From: Escherichia phage ELT1
Direction: 5' to 3' (one strand)
DNA: 64,000 bases
Sequence record: MZ892903.1
Under the pieces are notes generated by a model. It ran no database searches and was not told the origin of the DNA. It saw only the letters and a program-made list of their open reading frames with translations. This document shows, piece after piece, positions 17,607-28,859 of the stretch. Position 1 is the stretch's first letter, and the number at the start of each line of letters is the position of its first letter. The translations under genes and the position numbers were made by a program.

Positions 17607-18281
17607 TTAATTTATTAGACTTCTTAAACGAGCAGAAGTCATAAATGGAAATTTTTCTAAAGTTGGCTTTCGCCAATATCTTGGATGACAAGTTGATTTA
17701 AAATCAAGAACAATTTTCTTTGCTTCATCAATAGTGTTAACTCCAAAGTTATCTAACATTATTTTCTTTTCTTTTTCCCACCGTTTATTAGCTAAAGCAG
17801 ATTGAAGCTTTTTGTTTTTAAATGTGTCATTTTTTCTAGAATGAGTTGTTCCTTGTGTCGGACTCCATCCTCTTCCTAAAATAAATCCCTCAGGAATTAT
17901 ATCTCCATCATGTAATTTTATACATCTTTTACCATTATTATAATATTTTCGTCCAGTTTGTGTATTTGAAATATTATTTGCATGTTTTCTTTTTAACCAA
18001 CCATAAACTTTATTATTTCTCCTAACATATTTAGTTGAAACCGTCATTTTTATGGCTGCATAAGATAATTTTAAAGAATTTGGGTGTATTTTTACTAATA
18101 GCTGATGTGCAACATAATGCTCTTCTGGAGTTAAATCAACCAAGTTAGAAGCATCATTACTACCGCCTAAACATTTCGGAATAATATGATGTCTTTCTTT
18201 ATATCCAGTAAGGGCTCTATTGCGAGCCCTATCAATTAGTGAATTATAAATTTTTTCATAATTCATCGTACATTGCTCCAA
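17607..18281 (-). CDS. freestanding HNH homing endonuclease (mob-like)
   Basis: 224 aa; HNH motif [32 protein letters not shown]; inserted between genes 3 and 2. Confidence 0.8.
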   Translation of the reverse strand: MEQCTMNYEKIYNSLIDRARNRALTGYKERHHIIPKCLGGSNDASNLVDLTPEEHYVAHQLLVKIHPNSLKLSYAAIKMTVSTKYVRRNNKVYGWLKRKHANNISNTQTGRKYYNNGKRCIKLHDGDIIPEGFILGRGWSPTQGTTHSRKNDTFKNKKLQSALANKRWEKEKKIMLDNFGVNTIDEAKKIVLDFKSTCHPRYWRKPTLEKFPFMTSARLRSLIN

Positions 18282-19090
18282 ACTTTGTTTGCAGAGAAAC
18301 GTTTTCCTTTGGAGTAGAAGCTTTGGAGTGGCATTAACACAACGTTCGCCCAGTCTTTCGGGGCGATTTCAACAAGGCTACCCATAATATTACCAGGTAT
18401 ATATGCCTTAATCATTTGGTCTGCACCTCTAAATCCTTTCACTTGACTCCAATCAATTTTTAATTTCGTTTTATTAGTAATAGTAGGTGTATTTGCATAT
18501 TGCTTTAAAAGCTCTTCTAGAAATTGCTGACGAGCTTTAGGTGGAATATAGTGCAAGTTCAATCCGTACATTAAATTGTGTTTACCTAAACCGAGGTAAA
18601 TTATCAAAGGAAATTTATCCCAATAAGGAAGAGTTTCTTTGTGTTTAGCATCATAAGCAAAAGCATATATTCGTCCCGGCTGCGGGCGAACAACTTTATG
18701 TCCTTTTACCTGCTTAATAGTTTCAGCAAACCACTTTCTGGTTTTATTATTAATTGCTGCACCTTCATTACGAATTTTATCACGCAACGTTTGCCTGAAT
18801 GAATTTATCATAAGCAGTTGTCTTTCTTGCTTATTGAGTTTATTCATTGGTTTTGATTCAAGCTTTTGAATCTTTTCAGCCGTTTTAATTCCTGAAGCAT
18901 ATTTTGACATTGCCGAAGTAAACGTAGAGTATTTGATTCCTCTTTCTTCAGCAAATTGCTTTCCTGTCATTCCTTTTGCTTTGGCCTTTTTGTATTCAAG
19001 ACCTATCTGAATCCATTTCTTTTCGTTTAATGATTGCTTAACCTTTGGAACTTGGGGAGTGCTTTCATTAATTATTTGAAAAATAGCCAT
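18263..19090 (-). CDS. 2: DNA end protector protein gp2
   Basis: 275-aa ORF in conserved 3-2-4 block. Confidence 0.85.
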   Translation of the reverse strand: MAIFQIINESTPQVPKVKQSLNEKKWIQIGLEYKKAKAKGMTGKQFAEERGIKYSTFTSAMSKYASGIKTAEKIQKLESKPMNKLNKQERQLLMINSFRQTLRDKIRNEGAAINNKTRKWFAETIKQVKGHKVVRPQPGRIYAFAYDAKHKETLPYWDKFPLIIYLGLGKHNLMYGLNLHYIPPKARQQFLEELLKQYANTPTITNKTKLKIDWSQVKGFRGADQMIKAYIPGNIMGSLVEIAPKDWANVVLMPLQSFYSKGKRFSANKVWSNVR

Positions 19091-19542
19091 TATGCCCCCT
19101 TAAAGCCAAGAGCTCGTAATCCATCTTCTGTTAAAATTCTAAATTTTATTCCACGCTTTTCAGCTAAAGCTTGAGCTGCTTTCCATTTGTCAGTATTAAC
19201 TGAATATGTATAAATTTCATTCATAAATCTTTTCTTCGCTGCAGTTGTTAGATGTGCTGGTTTAACTGGTGGTTGTGTTTCTTTTTTAGGCTTTATTTCA
19301 ATAAAAAATTCTTGTCCAGAAGAATCTTTCATCCAAATATCCATGAAGTATCTACGTTTTTTCCCTTCTGCATTACAAAAATAAGGAATTACTGCTGTTT
19401 CACTACCCCATGCAATAATTTCTGGATTTTTATCTAACCATTCAAAAAAGAATTTTTCCCAATTTGATCTATACGTAATTTTTTTAGGGTCACCTCTATA
19501 CTTTGATATATTTTTAGGAACCCATTTTCCAGAATATGCCAT
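19090..19542 (-). CDS. 4: head completion protein gp4
   Basis: 150 aa; conserved position. Confidence 0.85.
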   Translation of the reverse strand: MAYSGKWVPKNISKYRGDPKKITYRSNWEKFFFEWLDKNPEIIAWGSETAVIPYFCNAEGKKRRYFMDIWMKDSSGQEFFIEIKPKKETQPPVKPAHLTTAAKKRFMNEIYTYSVNTDKWKAAQALAEKRGIKFRILTEDGLRALGFKGA

Positions 19543-19553
19543 TGGATTCTCCT

Positions 19554-19576
19554 TATAAATAGATAATATATTTATA
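19554..19576. promoter_or_regulatory. divergent late promoters: TATAAATA (+, gene 53) and TATTTATA on + (TATAAATA on minus, gene 4)
   Basis: Exact TATAAATA at 19554-19561; reverse-complement copy at 19569-19576. Confidence 0.6.
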
Positions 19577-19589
19577 AACAGGAGGGCCC

Positions 19590-20180
19590 ATGCTCTTTAC
19601 ATTTTTTGATCCGATTGAATATGCGGCCAAAACGGTGAATAAAAACGCGCCGACTATTCCTATGACAGATATTTTTAGAAACTATAAAGACTATTTCAAA
19701 CGCGCTCTTGCGGGATACCGCTTACGTACTTATTATATTAAAGGTTCACCACGCCCGGAAGAATTAGCAAATGCTATATATGGAAATCCACAGTTGTATT
19801 GGGTTTTATTGATGTGTAATGATAATTATGATCCGTATTATGGATGGATTACTTCACAGGAAGCTGCTTATCAAGCATCTATACAAAAATACAAAAATGT
19901 AGGTGGAGACCAAATAGTATATCATGTGAATGAGAATGGTGAAAAATTTTATAATTTAATATCATACGATGATAATCCATATGTTTGGTATGATAAAGGC
20001 GATAAAGCTAGAAAATATCCTCAATATGAAGGAGCACTTGCTGCGGTCGATACGTATGAAGCTGCTGTTCTTGAAAATGAAAAACTTCGTCAAATAAAAA
20101 TAATAGCAAAATCAGACATCAATTCATTTATGAACGACCTTATACGTATAATGGAGAAATCTTATGGAAATGATAAGTAA
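19590..20180 (+). CDS. 53: baseplate wedge protein gp53
   Basis: 196 aa; synteny. Confidence 0.9.
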   Translation: MLFTFFDPIEYAAKTVNKNAPTIPMTDIFRNYKDYFKRALAGYRLRTYYIKGSPRPEELANAIYGNPQLYWVLLMCNDNYDPYYGWITSQEAAYQASIQKYKNVGGDQIVYHVNENGEKFYNLISYDDNPYVWYDKGDKARKYPQYEGALAAVDTYEAAVLENEKLRQIKIIAKSDINSFMNDLIRIMEKSYGNDK

Positions 20181-21891
20181 TAACCTCAACTGGTTTGTTG
20201 GCGTTGTTGAAGATAGAATGGACCCATTAAAATTAGGTCGTGTTCGTGTTCGTGTGGTTGGTCTGCATCCGCCTCAAAGAGCACAAGGCGATGTAATGGG
20301 TATTCCAACCGATAAATTGCCATGGATGTCAGTTATTCAACCGATAACTTCTGCAGCAATGTCTGGAATTGGAGGTTCTGTTACAGGGCCAGTAGAAGGA
20401 ACTAGAGTATATGGTCATTTTTTAGACAAATGGAAAACTAACGGAATTGTCCTTGGCACTTATGGCGGAATAGTTCGCGAAAAACCTAATAGACTTGAAG
20501 GATTTTCTGACCCAACTGGACAGTATCCTAGACGTCTAGGAAATGATACTAACGTATTAAACCAAGGCGGAGAAGTAGGATATGATTCGTCTTCTAATAT
20601 TATCCAAGATAGCAATCTAGACACTGCAATAAATCCCGATGATAGACCGCTATCAGAAATTCCAACTGATGATAATCCAAATATGTCAATGGCTGAAATG
20701 CTTCGCCGTGATGAAGGATTAAGACTAAAAGTTTATTGGGATACAGAAGGATATCCGACAATTGGTATTGGTCATCTTATCATGAAGCAGCCAGTTCGTG
20801 ATATGGCCCAAATTAATAAAGTTTTATCAAAACAAGTTGGTCGTGAAATTACCGGAAATCCAGGTTCTATTACAATGGAAGAAGCGGTAACTTTATTTGA
20901 ACGTGATTTAGCTGATATGCAACGTGACATTAAATCACATTCTAAAGTTGGCCCAGTTTGGAAAGCAGTTAATCGTTCTCGTCAAATGGCATTAGAAAAT
21001 ATGGCATTTCAGATGGGTGTTGGTGGTGTAGCTAAATTTAACACAATGTTAACTGCTATGTTAGCCGGAGATTGGGAAAAAGCATATAAAGCCGGTCGTG
21101 ATTCATTGTGGTATCAACAAACAAAAGGCCGTGCATCCCGTGTTACCATGATTATTCTTACAGGGAATTTGGAATCATACGGTATTGAAGTTAAAACACC
21201 AGCTAGGTCTTTGTCAGCAATGGCTGCTACCGTAGCAAAGTCTTCTGATCCAGCTGACCCTCCTATTCCGAATGATTCGAGAATTTTATTCAAAGAACCT
21301 GTTTCTTCATATAAAGGTGAATATCCGTATGTTCACACAATGGAAACTGAAAGCGGTCATATTCAGGAATTTGATGATACCCCTGGACAAGAACGATACA
21401 GATTAGTTCATCCGACTGGAACGTATGAGGAAGTATCACCGTCAGGAAGAAGAACAAGAAAAACTGTTGATAATTTGTATGATATAACAAATGCTGATGG
21501 TAATTTTTTGGTAGCCGGTGATAAAAAGACTAACGTCGGTGGATCAGAAATTTATTACAACATGGATAATCGTCTTCACCAAATAGATGGAAGCAACACA
21601 ATATTTGTCCGTGGCGATGAAACTAAGACAGTTGAAGGTAATGGAACTATCCTAGTTAAAGGTAATGTTACTATTGTAGTTGAAGGTAATGCTGACATTA
21701 CAGTTAAAGGGGATGCTACCACTTTGGTTGAAGGAAATCAGACTAATACAGTAAATGGAAATCTTTCTTGGAAAGTTGCTGGGACAGTTGATTGGGACGT
21801 TGGTGGTGATTGGACAGAAAAAATGGCATCTATGAGTTCTATTTCATCTGGTCAATACACAATTGATGGATCGAGGATTGACATTGGCTAA
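20164..21891 (+). CDS. 5: baseplate hub / tail-associated lysozyme gp5
   Basis: 575 aa; N-terminal OB domain, central lysozyme domain similar to e, C-terminal VxGxxxxx beta-helix repeats. Confidence 0.95.
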   Translation: MEMISNNLNWFVGVVEDRMDPLKLGRVRVRVVGLHPPQRAQGDVMGIPTDKLPWMSVIQPITSAAMSGIGGSVTGPVEGTRVYGHFLDKWKTNGIVLGTYGGIVREKPNRLEGFSDPTGQYPRRLGNDTNVLNQGGEVGYDSSSNIIQDSNLDTAINPDDRPLSEIPTDDNPNMSMAEMLRRDEGLRLKVYWDTEGYPTIGIGHLIMKQPVRDMAQINKVLSKQVGREITGNPGSITMEEAVTLFERDLADMQRDIKSHSKVGPVWKAVNRSRQMALENMAFQMGVGGVAKFNTMLTAMLAGDWEKAYKAGRDSLWYQQTKGRASRVTMIILTGNLESYGIEVKTPARSLSAMAATVAKSSDPADPPIPNDSRILFKEPVSSYKGEYPYVHTMETESGHIQEFDDTPGQERYRLVHPTGTYEEVSPSGRRTRKTVDNLYDITNADGNFLVAGDKKTNVGGSEIYYNMDNRLHQIDGSNTIFVRGDETKTVEGNGTILVKGNVTIVVEGNADITVKGDATTLVEGNQTNTVNGNLSWKVAGTVDWDVGGDWTEKMASMSSISSGQYTIDGSRIDIG

Positions 21892-21925
21892 TATACTTCC
21901 AATGAGCGCTGATTTAGGAGAATCC

Positions 21926-22420
21926 ATGGAAGGTTCTTCTATCGACGTCACCTTTACCGCTCAATTAGAAACAGGTGAAACGTTAGTATCTATAAATATA
22001 ACTAGTTACGAAGAAACTCCTGGGGTTTTAGTAGAAGAAAATCGTTTATATGGAACGTATGAATCTGTGTTTGGATTTGGAAATGACGCACTAAAATATC
22101 GTTTAGATAATGAATTTAAAACTGCTGCTTCATGGGAAGACCTTCCAACTGATTCTAATACTCAGTTATATCTATGGAAAGCTCCTCAAAACCTCCAGAA
22201 GACATTCACTTACGAAGTAACATTAATATATGACTATCAAGAACAAAGTGAATCTGGAGGTTCTGGTAGTAATTCTAGGTCATCTTCTGATACTACTGAA
22301 CCAACGGATCCTCCTGCTCCAATAAGAAAAACTCTTGTTAAAAATTACACAAAAACTATAGTTGGAAATTGGAGTCGTTGGGCTAATAAATTAAGAAGCT
22401 ATGTATATGAGAGGCAATAA
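21926..22420 (+). CDS. 5.1: gp5.1-like protein
   Basis: ORF 21863..22420 overlaps gp5; start at Met 21926 has RBS AGGAGA. Confidence 0.55.
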
Positions 22421-22713
22421 TGTCAGGATTAAGTTATGATAAGTGTGTTACTGCTGGTCATGAAGCGTGGCCTCCAACAGTTGTGAATGCTACACAAAGT
22501 AAAGTATTCACTGGAGGAATTGCTGTTCTCGTGGCAGGTGATCCAATTACAGAACATACAGAAATTAAAAAGCCATATGAAACACATGGCGGAGTGACAC
22601 AACCTAGAACTTCTAAGGTATATGTCACTGGAAAGAAAGCTGTTCAAATGGCTGATCCAATATCATGCGGTGATACTGTGGCTCAGGCATCATCTAAAGT
22701 ATTCATTAAATAG
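22420..22713 (+). CDS. 5.4: PAAR-repeat spike tip protein gp5.4
   Basis: 97 aa; position after gp5. Confidence 0.8.
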
Positions 22714-22721
22714 GATTTAAA

Positions 22722-24704
22722 ATGGCAAATACCCCTGTAAATTATCAATTAACAAGAACAGCAAATGCTATTCCCGAGATATTCGTCGGGGGTACATTTG
22801 CTGAAATAAAACAAAACCTCATTGAATGGCTCAATGGTCAAAATGAATTTTTGGATTATGATTTTGAAGGCTCAAGATTAAACGTTCTGTGCGACCTTTT
22901 GGCTTATAATACATTGTACATTCAACAGTTTGGTAATGCTGCCGTGTATGAAAGCTTTATGCGTACTGCTAATTTGCGTAGTTCAGTAGTTCAAGCTGCA
23001 CAAGATAATGGATATTTACCTACTTCAAAATCAGCTGCTCAAACTGAAATTATGCTAACTTGTACAGACGCATTGAATAGAAATTACATTACTATTCCTC
23101 GTGGTACTCGCTTTTTAGCATATGCAAAAGATACTTCCGTTAATCCTTACAACTTTGTATCTACCGAAGATGTTATTGCTATTCGCGATAAAAATAACCA
23201 ATATTTTCCACGTTTAAAATTAGCCCAGGGGCGTATAGTAAGAACTGAAATCATTTATGATAAATTAACACCTATTATCATTTATGACAAAAATATAGAT
23301 AGAAACCAAGTTAAACTATACGTTGATGGAGCAGAATGGATTAACTGGACAAGAAAGTCAATGGTTCATGCTGGTTCTACATCGACAATTTACTACATGC
23401 GTGAAACTATTGATGGAAATACTGAGTTTTATTTTGGTGAAGGCGAGATTTCTGTTAATGCGGCAGAAGGAGCATTGACCGCTAATTACATTGGAGGTCT
23501 TAAACCTACCCAGAACTCTACGATTGTTATTGAGTACATCAGTACTAACGGCGCAGATGCGAATGGCGCAGTCGGATTTTCATATGCAGATACATTGACA
23601 AATATAACTGTCATCAACATTAATGAAAATCCAAACGATGACCCAGATTTTGTTGGGGCAGATGGCGGCGGCGATCCAGAAGATATTGAACGTATTCGCG
23701 AATTGGGTACTATTAAACGCGAAACCCAGCAACGCTGCGTAACTGCGACTGACTATGATACATTCGTTTCAGAGAGATTTGGTTCTATTATTCAAGCAGT
23801 TCAGACGTTCACTGATTCTACTAAACCTGGTTATGCATTTATTGCTGCTAAACCTAAATCAGGGCTATATTTAACTACTGTACAGCGCGAAGATATTAAA
23901 AATTATCTCAAAGACTATAATTTAGCTCCTATTACGCCATCAATTATTTCTCCTAATTATCTTTTTATTAAGACTAATTTAAAAGTCACATATGCTTTAA
24001 ATAAGCTACAAGAATCCGAACAGTGGCTCGAAGGTCAAATAATTGATAAAATTGATCGTTATTATACCGAAGACGTAGAAATTTTTAACTCATCTTTCGC
24101 TAAATCTAAGATGTTGACATATGTAGATGATGCAGATCACTCTATCATTGGCTCATCAGCGACAATTCAAATTGTTCGTGAAGTACAAAACTTCTATAAA
24201 ACGCCTGAAGCAGGTATTAAATACAATAATCAAATAAAAGATCGTTCTATGGAATCTAATACGTTTTCATTTAATTCCGGACGAAAGGTTGTAAATCCTG
24301 ATACTGGCTTAGAAGAAGATGTATTATATGACGTTCGTATAGTATCAACAGACCGAGATTCTAAAGGAATTGGTAAAGTTATTATTGGTCCATTTGCTTC
24401 GGGTGATGTTACAGAAAATGAAAACATTCAGCCATATACAGGTAATGATTTTAATAAATTAGCAAGTTCCGATGGACGCGACAAATACTACGTTATCGGT
24501 GAAATAAATTATCCAGCTGACATGATTTATTGGAATATCGCTAAAATTAATTTAACATCCGATAAATTTGAGGTTCAGACTATTGAGCTATATTCTGATC
24601 CAATAGACGATGTTATTTTCACACGCGATGGTTCACTGATCGTATTTGAAAATGATTTACGTCCACAATACTTAACTATCGATTTGGAGCCTATATCACA
24701 ATGA
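22722..24704 (+). CDS. 6: baseplate wedge protein gp6
   Basis: 660 aa; synteny. Confidence 0.9.
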   Translation: MANTPVNYQLTRTANAIPEIFVGGTFAEIKQNLIEWLNGQNEFLDYDFEGSRLNVLCDLLAYNTLYIQQFGNAAVYESFMRTANLRSSVVQAAQDNGYLPTSKSAAQTEIMLTCTDALNRNYITIPRGTRFLAYAKDTSVNPYNFVSTEDVIAIRDKNNQYFPRLKLAQGRIVRTEIIYDKLTPIIIYDKNIDRNQVKLYVDGAEWINWTRKSMVHAGSTSTIYYMRETIDGNTEFYFGEGEISVNAAEGALTANYIGGLKPTQNSTIVIEYISTNGADANGAVGFSYADTLTNITVININENPNDDPDFVGADGGGDPEDIERIRELGTIKRETQQRCVTATDYDTFVSERFGSIIQAVQTFTDSTKPGYAFIAAKPKSGLYLTTVQREDIKNYLKDYNLAPITPSIISPNYLFIKTNLKVTYALNKLQESEQWLEGQIIDKIDRYYTEDVEIFNSSFAKSKMLTYVDDADHSIIGSSATIQIVREVQNFYKTPEAGIKYNNQIKDRSMESNTFSFNSGRKVVNPDTGLEEDVLYDVRIVSTDRDSKGIGKVIIGPFASGDVTENENIQPYTGNDFNKLASSDGRDKYYVIGEINYPADMIYWNIAKINLTSDKFEVQTIELYSDPIDDVIFTRDGSLIVFENDLRPQYLTIDLEPISQ

Positions 24705-27700
24705 CAGTAAAAGCACCTTCAGTCACTAGTCTCAGAATTTCCAAGTTATCCGCAAATCAGGTGCAAGTACGCTGGGATGACGTTGGTGCTAATTTCTACT
24801 ATTTTGTAGAAATCGCTGAGACAAAAACAGACTCGGGGGAAAATCTCCCGAGTAATCAATACAGATGGGTTAACTTAGGATATACTGCAAATAACAGCTT
24901 CTTTTTTGATAATGCTAATCCATTGACATCGTACATTATTAGAGTAGCTACCGCTGCGCAGGATTTTGAGCAGTCTGATTGGATTTATACTGAAGAGTTT
25001 GAAACTTTTGCTACAAATGCTTATACATTTCAAAACATGATTGAAATGCAATTAGCTAATAAATTCATTCAGGAAAAATTTACTCTTAATAATTCTGACT
25101 ATGTCAATTTTAACAATGACACTATAATGGCTGCATTGATGAATGAATCGTTTCAATTCAGCCCATCATATGCTGATGTTTCATCAATAAGTAATTTTAT
25201 TATTGGTGAAAATGAGTATCATGAAATACAAGGTTCTATTCAGCAAGTATGTAAGGATATTAACAGAGTTTATTTGATGGAATCAGAAGGGATTCTATAT
25301 CTTTTTGAGCGTTATCAACCTGTAGTTAAAGTATCTAATGATAAAGGACAAACCTGGAAAGCTGTAAAGCTCTTCAATGACCGCGTAGGATATCCTTTAT
25401 CTAAGACAGTATATTACCAATCTGCGAACACAGCATACGTTCTAGGATACGACAAGATTTTCTATGGCCGCAAATCGACTGATGTTAGATGGTCAGCTGA
25501 TGATGTCAGATTTAGTTCGCAGGATATAACATTCGCTAAACTCGGTGACCAATTACATCTAGGATTTGATGTAGAAATTTTTGCCACTTACGCGACTTTA
25601 CCAGCTAATGTATATCGCATTGCAGAAGCTATTACTTGCACCGATGATTACATTTACGTTGTCGCCAGAGACAAAGTTAGATACATAAAAACGAGTAATG
25701 CACCTATAGATTCTGATCCATTATCTCCAACGTATTCGGAAAGGCTATTTGAACCTGATACAATGACTATAACCGGAAATCCTAAAGCAGTATGTTATAA
25801 AATGGATTCTATTGGTGATAAAGTCTTTGCTCTTATTATTGGTGAAGTTGAAACATTAAATGCTAATCCTAGAACATCAAAAATAATTGATTCTGCCGAT
25901 AAAGGAATATATGTTTTAAATCATGCCACGAAAACATGGAAAAGAGTTTTTGGCAACACTGAAGAAGAAAGAAGACGTATTCAACCCGGATATGCGAATA
26001 TGTCAACTGACGGTAAATTAGTTTCTCTATCTTCGAGTAATTTTAAATTTTTAAGTGATAATGTTGTTAATGACCCTGAAACTGCAGCGAAATATCAGTT
26101 AATCGGTGCTGTTAAATATGAATTTCCTCGTGAATGGTTAGCTGATAAGCATTATCATATGATGGCATTTATAGCGGATGAAAAATCTGATTGGGAGACT
26201 TTTACTCCTCAACCAATGAAATACTACGCAGAACCGTTCTTTAACTGGTCTAAAAAATCTAACACACGTTGTTGGATAAACAACTCTGATAGAGCTGTAG
26301 TAGTTTATGCTGATTTAAAATATACTAAAGTTATTGAAAATTTTCCAGAAACATCTCCAGATAGATTAGTTCATGAATACTGGGATGATGGTGATTGTAC
26401 GATAGTAATGCCAAATGTTAAATTCACGGGATTTAAAAAATACGCGTCTGGGATGCTTTTTTATAAATCTTCTGGTGAAATAATTTCTTACTATGATTTT
26501 AACTATCGTGTGAGAGATACAGTAGAAATTATTTGGAAGCCAACTGAAGTATTTTTAAAAGCATTTTTACAAAACCAAGAACATGAAACCCCTTGGTCGC
26601 CTGAAGAAGAGCGTGGATTAGCTGACCCTGATTTAAGACCATTGATTGGCACAATGATGCCTGATTCTTATTTGTTGCAGGATTCGAATTTTGAGGCATT
26701 TTGCGAAGCATACATTCAATATCTTTCTGATGGATATGGAACTCAGTATAACAATTTACGAAATTTAATTCGTAACAAATATCCACGAGAAGAGCATGCA
26801 TGGGAATATTTGTGGTCAGAGATATATAAAAGAAACATTTATTTAAATGCTGATAAACGCGATGCTGTTGCGAGATTCTTTGAATCACGTAGCTACGATT
26901 TTTATTCTACTAAAGGAATTGAAGCATCATACAAGTTTCTTTTTAAAGTTCTTTATAATGAAGAAGTTGAAATTGAAATTGAATCTGGGGCTGGTACTGA
27001 ATATGATATAATCGTTCAATCTGATTCTTTGACTGAAGATTTAGTAGGACAAACGATTTATACGGCAACAGGAAGATGTAATGTTACTTATATAGAAAGA
27101 AGCTATTCTAATGGTAAATTGCAATGGACCGTAACTATTCATAATCTTTTGGGAAGATTGATTGCCGGTCAAGAAGTTAAAGCAGAAAGACTTCCTAGTT
27201 TTGAAGGCGAAATTATTCGTGGAGTTAAAGGGAAGGATTTGCTTCAAAATAATATAGACTATATTAATAGAAGTCGGTCATATTATGTAATGAAAATTAA
27301 ATCCAATTTGCCTTCTTCCCGCTGGAAATCTGACGTTATTCGTTTTGTTCATCCAGTAGGATTTGGATTTATAGCAATTACCCTTTTAACAATGTTTATT
27401 AATGTTGGTTTAACTCTTAAACACACAGAGACTATAATTAATAAATACAAAAACTATAAATGGGATTCTGGATTGCCTACTGAATATGCTGATAGAGTAG
27501 CTAAATTAACTCCAACCGGTGAAATTGAGCATGATTCAGTAACAGGCGAAGCAATTTATGAGCCTGGCCCAATGGCTGGCGTAGAATATCCTCTTCCTGA
27601 TGACTATAATGCTGAAAATAATAATTCAATATTTCAAGGTCAATTGCCATCTGAACGACGTAAATTAATGAGTCCTCTATTTGACGCTTCTGGAACAACA

Positions 27701-27799
27701 TTTGCACAATTTAGAGATTTAGTTAATAAACGTCTAAAAGATAATATAGGAAATCCAAGAGACCCTGAAAATCCAACACAGGTTAAAATAGATGAATGA
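24701..27799 (+). CDS. 7: baseplate wedge protein gp7
   Basis: 1032 aa; synteny. Confidence 0.9.
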   Translation: MTVKAPSVTSLRISKLSANQVQVRWDDVGANFYYFVEIAETKTDSGENLPSNQYRWVNLGYTANNSFFFDNANPLTSYIIRVATAAQDFEQSDWIYTEEFETFATNAYTFQNMIEMQLANKFIQEKFTLNNSDYVNFNNDTIMAALMNESFQFSPSYADVSSISNFIIGENEYHEIQGSIQQVCKDINRVYLMESEGILYLFERYQPVVKVSNDKGQTWKAVKLFNDRVGYPLSKTVYYQSANTAYVLGYDKIFYGRKSTDVRWSADDVRFSSQDITFAKLGDQLHLGFDVEIFATYATLPANVYRIAEAITCTDDYIYVVARDKVRYIKTSNAPIDSDPLSPTYSERLFEPDTMTITGNPKAVCYKMDSIGDKVFALIIGEVETLNANPRTSKIIDSADKGIYVLNHATKTWKRVFGNTEEERRRIQPGYANMSTDGKLVSLSSSNFKFLSDNVVNDPETAAKYQLIGAVKYEFPREWLADKHYHMMAFIADEKSDWETFTPQPMKYYAEPFFNWSKKSNTRCWINNSDRAVVVYADLKYTKVIENFPETSPDRLVHEYWDDGDCTIVMPNVKFTGFKKYASGMLFYKSSGEIISYYDFNYRVRDTVEIIWKPTEVFLKAFLQNQEHETPWSPEEERGLADPDLRPLIGTMMPDSYLLQDSNFEAFCEAYIQYLSDGYGTQYNNLRNLIRNKYPREEHAWEYLWSEIYKRNIYLNADKRDAVARFFESRSYDFYSTKGIEASYKFLFKVLYNEEVEIEIESGAGTEYDIIVQSDSLTEDLVGQTIYTATGRCNVTYIERSYSNGKLQWTVTIHNLLGRLIAGQEVKAERLPSFEGEIIRGVKGKDLLQNNIDYINRSRSYYVMKIKSNLPSSRWKSDVIRFVHPVGFGFIAITLLTMFINVGLTLKHTETIINKYKNYKWDSGLPTEYADRVAKLTPTGEIEHDSVTGEAIYEPGPMAGVEYPLPDDYNAENNNSIFQGQLPSERRKLMSPLFDASGTTFAQFRDLVNKRLKDNIGNPRDPENPTQVKIDE

Positions 27800-28796
27800 T
27801 TCAAGTGTTATCTATCGTGCGATAGTTACTTCAAAATTTAGAACAGAAAAAATGTTGAATTTTTATAATTCAATTGGAAGTGGTCCGGATAAAAACACTA
27901 TCTTTATCACATTTGGAAGATCAGAACCGTGGTCATCAAATGAAAATGAGGTGGGTTTTGCCCCACCTTATCCAACCGATTCTGTATTAGGCGTAACTGA
28001 CATGTGGACGCATATGATGGGAACAGTAAAAGTTCTTCCATCAATGCTTGATGCTGTTATTCCTCGTCGAGATTGGGGAGATACTAGATATCCGGATCCG
28101 TATACATTTAGAATTAACGATATTGTAGTGTGTAACTCAGCTCCTTACAACGCTACTGAATCAGGCGCAGGCTGGTTAGTATATCGTTGTTTAGATGTTC
28201 CTGATACTGGAATGTGTTCAATCGCATCTTTAACTGATAAGGATGAATGCCTTAAGCTAGGTGGAAAATGGACTCCTTCTGTTAGGTCAATGACTCCTCC
28301 TGAAGGTCGAGGAGATGCTGAAGGAACAATTGAACCTGGGGACGGGTATGTATGGGAATATCTTTTTGAGATTCCGCCTGATGTATCTATAAATAGATGC
28401 ACAAATGAATATATCGTGGTTCCTTGGCCTGAGGAATTAAAAGAAGACCCGACTAGATGGGGATATGAAGATAATCTCACTTGGCAACAAGATGATTTTG
28501 GATTAATTTACCGTGTTAAGGCAAATACTATCCGTTTTAAAGCATATTTAGATTCAGTTTATTTTCCTGAAGCTGCATTGCCAGGAAATAAAGGATTTAG
28601 ACAAATATCGATAATCACGAATCCTCTTGAAGCTAAAGTTCATCCAAATGACCCAAACGTTAAAGCTGAAAAGGATTATTATGACCCAGAAGATTTAATG
28701 AGGCATTCGGGCGAAATGATTTATATGGAAAATAGGCCACCTATTATTATGGCAATGGATCAAACAGAAGAAATCAATATTCTGTTTACATTTTAA
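27792..28796 (+). CDS. 8: baseplate wedge protein gp8
   Basis: 334 aa; synteny. Confidence 0.9.
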   Translation: MNDSSVIYRAIVTSKFRTEKMLNFYNSIGSGPDKNTIFITFGRSEPWSSNENEVGFAPPYPTDSVLGVTDMWTHMMGTVKVLPSMLDAVIPRRDWGDTRYPDPYTFRINDIVVCNSAPYNATESGAGWLVYRCLDVPDTGMCSIASLTDKDECLKLGGKWTPSVRSMTPPEGRGDAEGTIEPGDGYVWEYLFEIPPDVSINRCTNEYIVVPWPEELKEDPTRWGYEDNLTWQQDDFGLIYRVKANTIRFKAYLDSVYFPEAALPGNKGFRQISIITNPLEAKVHPNDPNVKAEKDYYDPEDLMRHSGEMIYMENRPPIIMAMDQTEEINILFTF

Positions 28797-28801
28797 ATTA
28801 A

Positions 28802-28824
28802 GGGAGCCCATGGGCTCCCTTTTT
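28802..28824 (+). terminator. rho-independent terminator after gene 8
   Basis: Palindrome GGGAGCCCATGGGCTCCC followed by TTTTTC. Confidence 0.6.
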
Positions 28825-28827
28825 CTT

Positions 28828-28835
28828 TATAAATA
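28828..28835 (+). promoter_or_regulatory. T4 late promoter TATAAATA (gene 9)
   Basis: Exact TATAAATA about 25 nt upstream of gene 9 ATG. Confidence 0.6.
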
Positions 28836-28859
28836 CTATAAACTCATAAGGAAACCGCT

